From Campylobacterales bacterium (GTDB taxonomy: Bacteria; Campylobacterota; Campylobacteria; Campylobacterales; QNZT01): a stretch of DNA of 64,000 nt. Within the stretch, counting starts at the first letter, position 1. Every line of letters starts with the position of its first letter. Under the pieces are notes generated by a model. The model was not told where the DNA came from. It saw only the letters and a list, made by a program, of their open reading frames with translations, and ran no database searches. The stretch lies in contig JALVVN010000038.1 in assembly GCA_027023405.1 (NCBI GenBank), positions 147,333 through 211,332 of the forward strand, in the 5' to 3' direction. The position numbers and the translations under genes were made by a program. This document shows, piece by piece, positions 30,432-39,149 of this stretch.

Positions 30432-32324
30432 TTAAAATTCAACGCTAAGTTTCTCTGTCTGTGATGCACCGACATGCACATCCGGTAGCACCTTTTTGTT
30501 GCCGTGTTCTGTCACTTCCACTTCATAAGTTCCTGTCGGAACTGTCACCGTCGCAACACCGCTACTACGATCGGAAAACTCATAATTTATGCGTTGATGA
30601 TTGTCAGTGCGATAGACACTTACCTTGACATAGAGCGGTTTTCCGCCTCGTGTGGCAACCACCTTGATCTTTCCATCTTGGAAACTGATATGTCTGGTGA
30701 TATCTCCACCCTCTTTGAGGTGGATATTTTTAAGTGTTTTTTGGAGTTTACCGTCGCGTGTACGGTAGGTTGCTCGCACCATATAGACACCCGCAGGTAG
30801 TTTGATCGTGTTCATCTTGTGACCACGCATACTATAAAAGGTTTTGACGCGATCTTTGGTACCGTTTTTAAACACTTCGATCCAAGCGCTGACCGGTTTG
30901 TTGTTTTGTGTTACACGCATACTCAAGCGCCCTACTTCGTTGTCGGGATTATATCCACCACCAAGTACACGATCATCCATCTTTCCGAGAACACGACCGG
31001 CGAAGATATCTTCCTCCTCTTTGGGCTGCGGATAGTGACTCTTTTTATCGATTACCTTGGTGATGACAATCTTATTGCCCGCTTTTTGAATACGACCTTC
31101 TGAAGGTTTCTCCTCCTCTTTGGGAGGGTTAAGATCCTCATAGCCCTCTTTATAATCGGTATTGATCGTTTCGCTTGGTTGCGGTGCTTCATAAGAGGGA
31201 GTCGGCTCCTGTTTGTTTGGTATAATCGGTTTTGGCACTTCAACCGGTGACGGCACATATACCGGAAGTGGTTTTGTTGCAATCTGTGTCGGTGCCGGTA
31301 TCGTGATCGGTTTAGATGTGGGGGGAGTGGTGCTCTTTTGTGTAGTGGGTTGTGGAGTAGATGCAATCGGATTTGTTTGTAGTTTGGGTGTGGTAGGAAC
31401 AATTTTTTGGGAAGCACTCTTTTTCTCCTCTTTGGAGGGTTTGAACTCTTTAAAAACAGGTGGTTTGATCGCACTCTCCTCTTCGATCTTTTTATCATCA
31501 AAGAGTTTTATTTCTGTCGGCAACTTAGAAAAATCGCGACGGATGATTGTGGCTTCTTGAGTCATCGCAGCAGGATCGACAGTCTCTTTTTTTGGCTGTG
31601 GTTTTGGTGCGGGAGCAGATATCGAATGAGGCTCACTCTTTTTCTCTTGCGTCTGCTCTTTTTTTTCATTTGATTTTGCCGACGGAGTCATCGAAAAGCT
31701 TTTGATAAGATTTTTGAAAATATGGGTAAAATTACTATAAAATGAGTCTGATAGCGGTTTTGTATGGTGTGTTTTAGCAGGTTGCATTTGTGTGCTTGAT
31801 AAGGTTTTTGGCTCCTCCGGTTGTTGAATGAGAGGCTGAGATTTGGGTTTGCTCTCCTCGACAAATTCACCGACAATAGGCTCTTGCTTAGGTGCGATCT
31901 TTTTTACTCTTTTTTTCTGTTTTCTCTTTTTTACCTTAGGGTGAGTTCTCTTTTTCTCTTGAAGTGCTTTTTTATAAAGCGCCTTTTTAACCATTGTCGG
32001 CAGAGCTTTTACCGGTGCAATGCGATACTGAAAAGTTCCACTATTAACATGAATTTTGATGCGATCGCCCGGCTGAACATTATCGTGAAAGACAAGATAA
32101 ATATCATCAACTTGATCTTGGGCGCTATAATAGACCTTGCCTCGGTTACTCATCTCAATATCGAAATTAGCATTACTCCCACTTTGTCGTATTAGATTTA
32201 GTGAGTGCCCATCGAGAGGTTGTAGAACAACCTCCTCTCCACTATGCAAGAGACCGCTTTGTGATGCCATTAGATAGACTATCCCACCTAGAGCTATGAC
32301 AAATAGTAAAATCTTTTTCAACAT
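30432..32324 (-). CDS. Secreted/anchored hypothetical protein with K/P/T/Q-rich spacer and tandem C-terminal beta-sandwich-like modules
   Basis: 630 aa with an N-terminal signal/TM (ILLFVIALGGIVYLMA) and about 300 aa of low complexity (KKRKQKKRVKK..., PTTPKLQTNPIASTPQPTTQKSTTPPTSKP). The C-terminus repeats IKLPAGVYMVRATY and VTVPTGTYEVEVTE. Its stop abuts the start of the pglF-like gene. Confidence 0.6.
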   Translation of the reverse strand: MLKKILLFVIALGGIVYLMASQSGLLHSGEEVVLQPLDGHSLNLIRQSGSNANFDIEMSNRGKVYYSAQDQVDDIYLVFHDNVQPGDRIKIHVNSGTFQYRIAPVKALPTMVKKALYKKALQEKKRTHPKVKKRKQKKRVKKIAPKQEPIVGEFVEESKPKSQPLIQQPEEPKTLSSTQMQPAKTHHTKPLSDSFYSNFTHIFKNLIKSFSMTPSAKSNEKKEQTQEKKSEPHSISAPAPKPQPKKETVDPAAMTQEATIIRRDFSKLPTEIKLFDDKKIEEESAIKPPVFKEFKPSKEEKKSASQKIVPTTPKLQTNPIASTPQPTTQKSTTPPTSKPITIPAPTQIATKPLPVYVPSPVEVPKPIIPNKQEPTPSYEAPQPSETINTDYKEGYEDLNPPKEEEKPSEGRIQKAGNKIVITKVIDKKSHYPQPKEEEDIFAGRVLGKMDDRVLGGGYNPDNEVGRLSMRVTQNNKPVSAWIEVFKNGTKDRVKTFYSMRGHKMNTIKLPAGVYMVRATYRTRDGKLQKTLKNIHLKEGGDITRHISFQDGKIKVVATRGGKPLYVKVSVYRTDNHQRINYEFSDRSSGVATVTVPTGTYEVEVTEHGNKKVLPDVHVGASQTEKLSVEF

Positions 32325-34103
32325 CTATACCATTTCCTTATGTTCAAATTCCGGTACAATCCGTTTTAGCGCCTCTATCTTATCATCACTTTGCAAAAGA
32401 TTCTCTATATCGCTATTAAGACGATCGATCGCATAGGGCGTAGGCTTGGCGACAAAGATAGAGTCGTAGGTTGTTTTTTTATCATCATCATTTAGCAGTA
32501 ACTCCTCATAGAGTTTTTCCCCCGCTCTCAAGCCGGTAAATTCAATTCCCAAATGCTCTTTATCATAAAGTTTGAGCATTTTTCGTGCCAGATCGACGAT
32601 CTTGATCGGTTTTCCCATATCCAGCACAAAGAGTTCCCGTTCTTTGGCAATTGCCGCCGCTTGAAGCACCAATTGGCAGGCTTCGGGTATAAGCATAAAG
32701 TAGCGGGTAATCTCAGGATGTGTTACGGCAAGCGGTCGATTGGCTTCGATGAGGCGTTTGAACTTCGGGATCACCGAACCGCTCGAACCGAGGACATTTC
32801 CAAAGCGCACACAGGTGATAAGCGTTTTGCCATTTGGTACATTTTGGGCATACAGTTCACACACCCGTTTGGTTGCTCCCATGACATTGGTGGGTCTGAC
32901 CGCTTTATCGGTGGAGATGAGAACGAAACGATCCGTACCGTATTTAATCGCAAGATCAATTGTATTTTTCGTTCCGATGACATTATTGAGTATTGCTCCT
33001 TCTTGATTCTCTTCACAGAGTGGTACATGTTTGTAGGCGGCAGCATGAATGACAATTTCCGGCCGATAAGTGGCAAAAGTCTTTTCTAGCAGCTTGCGAT
33101 CGACTACCGACTGCATGAGTGAGATCTTGGGCACTCCCTGAATCTGCTCTGAAATTGCATAGAGGTTGTATTCACTGTGATCAAGCAGTATCAACTCTTT
33201 GGCACCAAACCGCTCACATTGACGGGCGATCTCACTCCCGATACTTCCCCCCGCACCGGTAATCAAGATGCGCCGATCTCGAATCAGCGTCTCGATCGCT
33301 TTGAGATCGAGATCTTTGGGACGGCGCGCTAGCAAATCTTCAATGGAGATATCGATGAGCTTTTCATTTTTGTCGCCGAGGAGTTTAGAGCGTTTGATGT
33401 GGGTGATGCCTAGACTTGATAGCTTTTCAAAGAGAGCATCCATTTTGGAAGGTTCAAGATCAAGCGTAATAATCGCCGACTCAATCTCATCATCTGCGAC
33501 AATCTGCTCCAAATCTTCCATGCCAGATATTTTGAGAGATGCCATATATGTCCCGACAACATTCGCGTCTTCATCGACAATACTTACGGGCTCATAGGCA
33601 ATTTCTCCGTTTTTTGCACTGGAGATGAGTGAAAGTGTGCGTTGATTGGCTCCGATAAAGAGTGTGCGAGGACGATCTTCGTGAATCTGCGTACCGGCAA
33701 CGAGGCGTTTGGAAAGCCGCAAACTAAGAAGAAGAAAAAAAGAGAGAAGAAAATCGATCATGATGACTGTACGAGGGAAAGCACCATGATACCAAAAGAA
33801 GAGATAGGTAATAAAAAGTAGATAAGAGAGCAGTAGTGCATAGAGAATTTTTTTGCCATCTGAGAGTATAAAGTAGCGCCAAGTGATCTCATAGACTCTC
33901 AAAAGATACATTGAAACTATTTTTAATCCAACAATAATAAAAACCAGCGATGATGCGCCAAGAATATGCTCAGGAGGTATTTGGAGGTTGAAGCGCAGTA
34001 GATATGCGAGATAGAAAGAGAGATAAAAGATCAGTGCATCTGCAACGATAAAAAAGAGTGTGCGTTTCCACGGCGCACTCTTGAACAGATCAGTAATCTT
34101 CAA
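32325..34103 (-). CDS. pglF: Membrane-bound UDP-sugar 4,6-dehydratase (PglF/CapD/WbpM family)
   Basis: 592 aa with four N-terminal TM helices followed by a Polysacc_synt_2 SDR domain (ILITGAGGSIGSEI, AAAYKHVP, ISTDKAV). Confidence 0.8.
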   Translation of the reverse strand: MKITDLFKSAPWKRTLFFIVADALIFYLSFYLAYLLRFNLQIPPEHILGASSLVFIIVGLKIVSMYLLRVYEITWRYFILSDGKKILYALLLSYLLFITYLFFWYHGAFPRTVIMIDFLLSFFLLLSLRLSKRLVAGTQIHEDRPRTLFIGANQRTLSLISSAKNGEIAYEPVSIVDEDANVVGTYMASLKISGMEDLEQIVADDEIESAIITLDLEPSKMDALFEKLSSLGITHIKRSKLLGDKNEKLIDISIEDLLARRPKDLDLKAIETLIRDRRILITGAGGSIGSEIARQCERFGAKELILLDHSEYNLYAISEQIQGVPKISLMQSVVDRKLLEKTFATYRPEIVIHAAAYKHVPLCEENQEGAILNNVIGTKNTIDLAIKYGTDRFVLISTDKAVRPTNVMGATKRVCELYAQNVPNGKTLITCVRFGNVLGSSGSVIPKFKRLIEANRPLAVTHPEITRYFMLIPEACQLVLQAAAIAKERELFVLDMGKPIKIVDLARKMLKLYDKEHLGIEFTGLRAGEKLYEELLLNDDDKKTTYDSIFVAKPTPYAIDRLNSDIENLLQSDDKIEALKRIVPEFEHKEMV

Positions 34104-35025
34104 AACTTACCGCCTTATCAATAGTTCGCATTAAGATAAAAAGCAATATCATATAACAAATAAAATAAAGATAGAGCCATCTACTCTCATAGAGATAGAT
34201 AAGACCCAACAGCACTGCAAGATTGATACCCATCGCTATCATCACCACTTTATCGTGTGAAAAACCCATTTGCACGGCGCGTTGAAACAGATGCTTTCGA
34301 TGTGCGCTCATCAACCTCTCTCCCGCTAAAGCTCTTCGGATCAGCGTCACAGTCGCATCAAAGATAAAGAGTCCCAGTAGCATGAGCCACAACAGAAGGT
34401 CGTTTAATGAGTGACTATGGTAGAGTGCCATACAAAAAACGAGAAAGCCCAAAAAGGTACTTCCCGCATCGCCCATAAATATTTTCGCCTTGTGCCAATT
34501 GTGGAGCAAAAAACCACTCAAAAGCGCTATCAAGATGAGTAGCGTGGTGTCATGGAAAAAGAGCGTTGCAGCGCCGACGACAAAAATTGCTTCACTCGTT
34601 GCATAACCGTCAATACCGTCCAAGAAGTTGTAGAGATTGATCAGCCACACACCAGAGAGCATCATCAATATGGTTTGCCACCAGGCAAAATGTTCCCATA
34701 ATCCCAATGCCAACATCGCCCATACTACTACACTAAACTGTATCAACAATCGGTAAATGGGCTTTATATGTTTGATATCATCTAGGAAACCGACAAATGC
34801 CAAAGGGATACCACCCAAAAGTGCATAAAAAAGTTCAGAATCTATCTCTAACCGATAGTGCAAAATCACGATCGAAATATAAAACAACACCACAAAAACA
34901 GCACCACCCCCCGTAGGTGTCGGCATCTTGTGGGAGCTTCGATGATTTGGAAGATCGTGAGGTGCATAGGTGCGCATCCACCACACCCCAAAGTAGGAGA
35001 GTAAAAAGAGCATAAAATAGATCAT
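34090..35025 (-). CDS. Polyprenyl-phosphate HexNAc-1-phosphate transferase (GT4 MraY/WecA family)
   Basis: 311 aa polytopic protein with NLYNFLDGIDG and IFMGDAGSTFLGF motifs of the MraY/WecA/WbpL family. Overlaps the pglF-like gene by 14 nt and pglB by 4 nt. Confidence 0.8.
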   Translation of the reverse strand: MIYFMLFLLSYFGVWWMRTYAPHDLPNHRSSHKMPTPTGGGAVFVVLFYISIVILHYRLEIDSELFYALLGGIPLAFVGFLDDIKHIKPIYRLLIQFSVVVWAMLALGLWEHFAWWQTILMMLSGVWLINLYNFLDGIDGYATSEAIFVVGAATLFFHDTTLLILIALLSGFLLHNWHKAKIFMGDAGSTFLGFLVFCMALYHSHSLNDLLLWLMLLGLFIFDATVTLIRRALAGERLMSAHRKHLFQRAVQMGFSHDKVVMIAMGINLAVLLGLIYLYESRWLYLYFICYMILLFILMRTIDKAVSFEDY

Positions 35026-37130
35026 CTTTTTAGTCGATACACCTTTGCGTATGGGCTCATGATCACAGGTTCAAACAGATCTTTATCATAATTTTCAAAA
35101 ACAAACATTTGAATAAAAAGAGAGTTGTAAAACTTCTCATCCACTATCAAAAAAGTACCGTAACTTTGCAAAAAGATGATAGAGAGCTTGGCATTTGGAT
35201 CAAGTTCCTCTACTTTTTGATGAATCTTTCTCTCCTGATCGTACCCCACCACTACAAATCGCTTGAGCGTCGTAGCGCCTTTGCCGATGTGTAAAATCCC
35301 TTTCTCTTTTTCAAGTGCGATCCCGTGATCTAGGTTGAGAATCTTACCGTCATCTTTGAAGCGCCCAGTTTGATAATAGAAAGGTTGCTCACCCTTTTTA
35401 CCGGTCTCAAGATCAAGATTGCTAAAGAGATCAACCGTAGGAAAGATATTGAGCATACGATTGGGCAGATAGAGGTAGATATCACGCGTTTTTGGAGGCA
35501 GAGTATAGCTATCACTTTTGAGCTCATCCAACAGATCATTGGGGCTCTCTTTGGCAAAAAGTGTGTCAGCGACAACACCGCCCTCTTTAACATACTTCTC
35601 AACTGAAACTCTCGCGAGATTGGCTGCGAGTAGAGGTGAAGAAGTGTTGAGTATCTTGGATATGATATAGTTGTCATGTCCATGCTTACCACCGTCGATG
35701 AGCGTATTGGTATCGGAATAGTACCAGATCGGATAGCCGTAGTCCCACCAAGTTAGTGTATAATCTTTGTCACTTGCGATTTTGTCCAACTGCTTGAGAA
35801 CTTTTACCTCTTCGCTGTTGAAAACCGTCGGAACCTTATAGGAGATGATATGCTTGATATTGGGGTAGATCATCAGCGCTGTCAAGGCAGCGATCATTGC
35901 ATATTGAAAGGGTTTTTTATCGCTTGCATTTGCAATGATATAAAATAGATAAACCGCACTCATCGCCGCAATCGGCACGGCAAAAACGGTAAATCTAAGC
36001 CCACCCATTAGTGAAAACACACCGATTCCGATGAGAGGTAACGCAAGAATAAAAGAGCGATAACGAATAACAAGTAGAATATATCCAATGAGGCTAACGA
36101 GTAAGCCGGCAACTGACCCACTAATACGATTTGCCATGACAGAAAACGGTATCTTTCCCGCTTCTCGAACAGTTTGATTAACTTGAAAAAAGTGGAGCCC
36201 CTCTTCATCCACACTTCTTGAAAGATAATAGCTCACTTTACCTATGATGAGCGAGAATACATTGCCGAAATATAAAAACCCGACTACAGCAAAAAATGCC
36301 AATATCATAAGTGGTTTTAACTCTATGCTTGCCTTTTGCAAGATGAAATAAAATAGTACCAACACAGCAACAGTAGCTATGTACGAGAAGGGTGACGGGA
36401 TAAACGAATAAAAAGGCAATGCAGAAAGAGAGACCAAGATGATCGCTTTGTATGTATTCTTCTCTTTGCGATGATAGACAATGAGATAGAGAAAATAGAT
36501 CATCGACATCGCAAAGACCACCGCCCTGCCCTGATCGTACAAAAAAGGATAGATAGCGATCATCACCGCCGCATAAAGTGCACTTTTGAGCGTAAAATTT
36601 TTAACTGATGCCATAAAAAAATAGAGGACAAACATCGGTGCCATCGCTGCAAACATGTCGCTATCATAATAGCCGGTCATCGTACGGTTGTAGTAACTCC
36701 AAGCGATACTTCCAAGCAGTGCTGCAAAAAATCCCCAAAGCGTCGCACCAAAGAGTCTAGCGATCAAAATCATAGGTATCACAACCAATGAAGAGATAAT
36801 TGTAGGCATATAGAGTGTCACTGTCTCAAGCGAAAACGGCGTAATCTTAACTAGTAAAACTGTAAAAAATGTCACACCGTAACTAAGCCACGATGGAACT
36901 CTTGGATTTGGTTCATGCAAGCCAAAGAGTGCCTGTTGAGCTCCCGAGGCAAAGAAGTAGCCGTCATTTGTGTTGATCATAAGCTGACCATTGTAGTGAA
37001 ATGGTGCATAGTCTGCAAATTGAAATACCCATATAAGTCTGATGGCAAAGCTAAAAGCATAAGCTAGAAGAATAAGTCCTATAAGTTGCTTGGTTGAGAT
37101 ATTCTCTTTTGGTAGATCTAAAAATTGCAT
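35022..37130 (-). CDS. pglB: N-linked oligosaccharyltransferase PglB (STT3 family)
   Basis: 702 aa with a 13-TM-type N-terminal half carrying NTNDGYFF, a periplasmic domain with the diagnostic TWWDYGYPIWYYS (WWDYG) motif, and a downstream MLNI (MxxI-type) motif. Confidence 0.9.
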   Translation of the reverse strand: MQFLDLPKENISTKQLIGLILLAYAFSFAIRLIWVFQFADYAPFHYNGQLMINTNDGYFFASGAQQALFGLHEPNPRVPSWLSYGVTFFTVLLVKITPFSLETVTLYMPTIISSLVVIPMILIARLFGATLWGFFAALLGSIAWSYYNRTMTGYYDSDMFAAMAPMFVLYFFMASVKNFTLKSALYAAVMIAIYPFLYDQGRAVVFAMSMIYFLYLIVYHRKEKNTYKAIILVSLSALPFYSFIPSPFSYIATVAVLVLFYFILQKASIELKPLMILAFFAVVGFLYFGNVFSLIIGKVSYYLSRSVDEEGLHFFQVNQTVREAGKIPFSVMANRISGSVAGLLVSLIGYILLVIRYRSFILALPLIGIGVFSLMGGLRFTVFAVPIAAMSAVYLFYIIANASDKKPFQYAMIAALTALMIYPNIKHIISYKVPTVFNSEEVKVLKQLDKIASDKDYTLTWWDYGYPIWYYSDTNTLIDGGKHGHDNYIISKILNTSSPLLAANLARVSVEKYVKEGGVVADTLFAKESPNDLLDELKSDSYTLPPKTRDIYLYLPNRMLNIFPTVDLFSNLDLETGKKGEQPFYYQTGRFKDDGKILNLDHGIALEKEKGILHIGKGATTLKRFVVVGYDQERKIHQKVEELDPNAKLSIIFLQSYGTFLIVDEKFYNSLFIQMFVFENYDKDLFEPVIMSPYAKVYRLKR

Positions 37131-37292
37131 AGTTTTAATTCCTCATCTTTTCTATAAATATAGTTTAACATAAAGAGCACAAATTATACCAATAAATATA
37201 TCTCAACCAATCATACAAATCTATCTCTTTTTAGCTCTCTTAGCATAAGATTTAACTTTTTTTTTGTTTCTCTACCAATCTCTCTTTTAATC

Positions 37293-37520
37293 TCATCTCA
37301 ATTTGTTCCAATAGCATCTCTTTCGCCTTTTGAAAACGCATCTCTTGCCAGGTAATCTCTCTTTGCAAATAAAATCCACATCATATGAGACTCTATGAGC
37401 TATATAGGTGCTTAGAGCCGTGCCACCGAAAAAATAGAGAGGATAGTTCTCAAAAAGCAAGCTATGTTTTATCTTCTCAAGCAATGCTTTGATCTCTTTT
37501 GTCACTTCTGCATCCTCCAC
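37293..37520 (-). pseudogene. Truncated AbiEii/AbiGii-family nucleotidyltransferase toxin remnant
   Basis: Only 75 codons remain. YFFGGTALSTYIAHRVSYDVDFI matches the N-terminal GGTAL...R.S.D.DF block of AbiEii, after which the frame degenerates. Full-length toxins are several-fold longer, and only about 390 nt remain before pglB. Confidence 0.55.
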
Positions 37521-37963
37521 CTCTCAAACTGCATAAGCGTCTCACGAATCTTTTGATAATTTTTATCCCGTCTATCCTTGTAGAGCTTCAAGCTCTCCTC
37601 TACCAATCTTGTGTATCCAAAAAGTGAATAAAGCCCCATAAGATCATCTTGCGTATAGTTTCTTAAATATGCCTTAAGCAAAGTATCGACTTTGATCCTA
37701 AATCCATCCTTAACATTCCAAAAGAGATCATTTGAAAAAAGCTTTTTGTTGAGAGGTATCTCTTTCATGGAGCGTTTAACATAGACTCTCTGAGCAGGTT
37801 TGTAAAATCTCCCTCTACCGCTCTTTACGATGATGCCCCTATCGGCCAATCTCGATATATAGACGCGAAGTTTATCACTTTGCATATCAAATACTTTATA
37901 GCTATATATAGTATCAGATTTAAGCTTTTTAACTTTCCTTAAGATTTTATCAAACTCCGACAA
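37502..37963 (-). CDS. AbiEi-family antitoxin / transcriptional regulator (wHTH)
   Basis: 153 aa. VYISRLADRGIIVKSGRGRFYKP matches the AbiEi_4-type L.rL...G.i.r..rG.Y winged-helix signature. Overlaps the AbiEii remnant by 19 nt. Confidence 0.55.
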   Translation of the reverse strand: MSEFDKILRKVKKLKSDTIYSYKVFDMQSDKLRVYISRLADRGIIVKSGRGRFYKPAQRVYVKRSMKEIPLNKKLFSNDLFWNVKDGFRIKVDTLLKAYLRNYTQDDLMGLYSLFGYTRLVEESLKLYKDRRDKNYQKIRETLMQFERWRMQK

Positions 37964-37990
37964 ATAGGATACTTCATTGCTATTTTATAA

Positions 37991-38048
37991 GATAAATTAT
38001 AACGAAAAAGTTTCGTTACAGATAGATTATAACGAAAATATTTCGTTA
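37991..38048. promoter_or_regulatory. Two tandem 28-bp repeats, each with a perfect 8-bp-arm palindrome; candidate AbiEi operator
   Basis: The repeats are gataaattaTAACGAAAaagTTTCGTTA (37991-38018) and gatagattaTAACGAAAataTTTCGTTA (38021-38048). They lie 28-85 nt upstream of the abiEi start at 37963. Confidence 0.5.
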
Positions 38049-38137
38049 ACGCAATGTTTTTTAGCCTCTTAAGTTTTTATATAAATATCTTTTCATTCCT
38101 GATGGTAGTAAGAAAAGCACAAAATGAGCCATTCTTT

Positions 38138-39148
38138 TCAACCTAAGAGACTCTTTTTTAAATAGTTTGATATTATTGTACCAATTCCAACCAAAGAACC
38201 AAAACCATATGAGATATGTAGAGTAATAAAAGTAGCAATAAGATAGAAAAATGAGTTATCTTCATCTTTTAGTTTGATTGAAAAGTATAAAATTGCAACA
38301 AGATATGCTAAAAATGAGGCTAATGAGATAATGAAAAATTTTTTATTTAATAAAGCCAACAAAGATGGTAATAGAAGTGACAATACAAAGAGAAGAGGAA
38401 TTATATGGTGAAGATGCAGTGATGAGAACCTTTTTGTGATATATGGATTTAGTACTACCCATTTACCGGTATTAAAACTCTTTTTTGCCAAATCTTTTAA
38501 GCTCTCTTTTGCATAATAGGTAAAAGAGAGATCAGGTACGATATATACTTTCCCTCCTCTATCAATAAATCTCTTATTTATCTCCAAATCCTCTGTTCTC
38601 TCTAACCGTTCATCAAAGCCTCCATATTTTAAAAGTGCCTCTTTTTTAAAGCATCCAAATGGAACAGTGTTTGATCTTTTAGGTTGATCGATTTCCCCTC
38701 TATAATCTCCTCCACCTACTCCAAATTTATGACTCATAACTGCTTTGATGGCATTTGTCTTTGGGGTTTTAGTCAGTACATCTGTAACACATACTCCACC
38801 TACATTATCTGCATCAAGCTTTTTTGCCCAATATAAAAGATTGGAAAAGTACTCCTTTGGATAGAGTGAGTGTGCATCTATACGGATGATATACGCCCCT
38901 TGAGCATGTTTTATACCTATGTTCATCGCAACAGGAATAATCTTTTTTTCATTTGTATATAGTTTTATAAAAGAATATTTTTGCATATACTCTTTTACTA
39001 TCTTTACGGTATTGTCACTACTTAAGCCATCGATAACTAATACTTCATAACTTCCTATTTTCAAATCTGACTCTATAACAGAGTCTAAACAAGAAGTGAT
39101 ATATCTCTCTTCATTTAGTGTAGGAATAATAATCGATACTTCAACCAT
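38138..39148 (-). CDS. Family 2 glycosyltransferase with C-terminal membrane anchor
   Basis: 336 aa with VSIIIPTLNEERYI...VIDGLSSDNT and a RIDAHS (DxH-like) region of GT2, plus 3-4 C-terminal TM helices. Confidence 0.8.
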   Translation of the reverse strand: MVEVSIIIPTLNEERYITSCLDSVIESDLKIGSYEVLVIDGLSSDNTVKIVKEYMQKYSFIKLYTNEKKIIPVAMNIGIKHAQGAYIIRIDAHSLYPKEYFSNLLYWAKKLDADNVGGVCVTDVLTKTPKTNAIKAVMSHKFGVGGGDYRGEIDQPKRSNTVPFGCFKKEALLKYGGFDERLERTEDLEINKRFIDRGGKVYIVPDLSFTYYAKESLKDLAKKSFNTGKWVVLNPYITKRFSSLHLHHIIPLLFVLSLLLPSLLALLNKKFFIISLASFLAYLVAILYFSIKLKDEDNSFFYLIATFITLHISYGFGSLVGIGTIISNYLKKSLLG

Positions 39149-39149
39149 A

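Noticed and set aside
31052-31501. 149-aa alternative-frame minus-strand ORF and several plus-strand ORFs within the 630-aa gene
   Set aside because: They are products of the low-complexity K/P/T-rich coding tract. The long frame with a signal peptide and folded C-terminal modules is the credible one.
37131-37292. Searched the island flanks (37131-37292 and 47172-47267) for direct repeats, an integrase or IS ends
   Set aside because: No convincing shared repeat longer than trivial A/T strings was seen by eye, and there is no transposase or integrase ORF. The mechanism of acquisition stays unknown.
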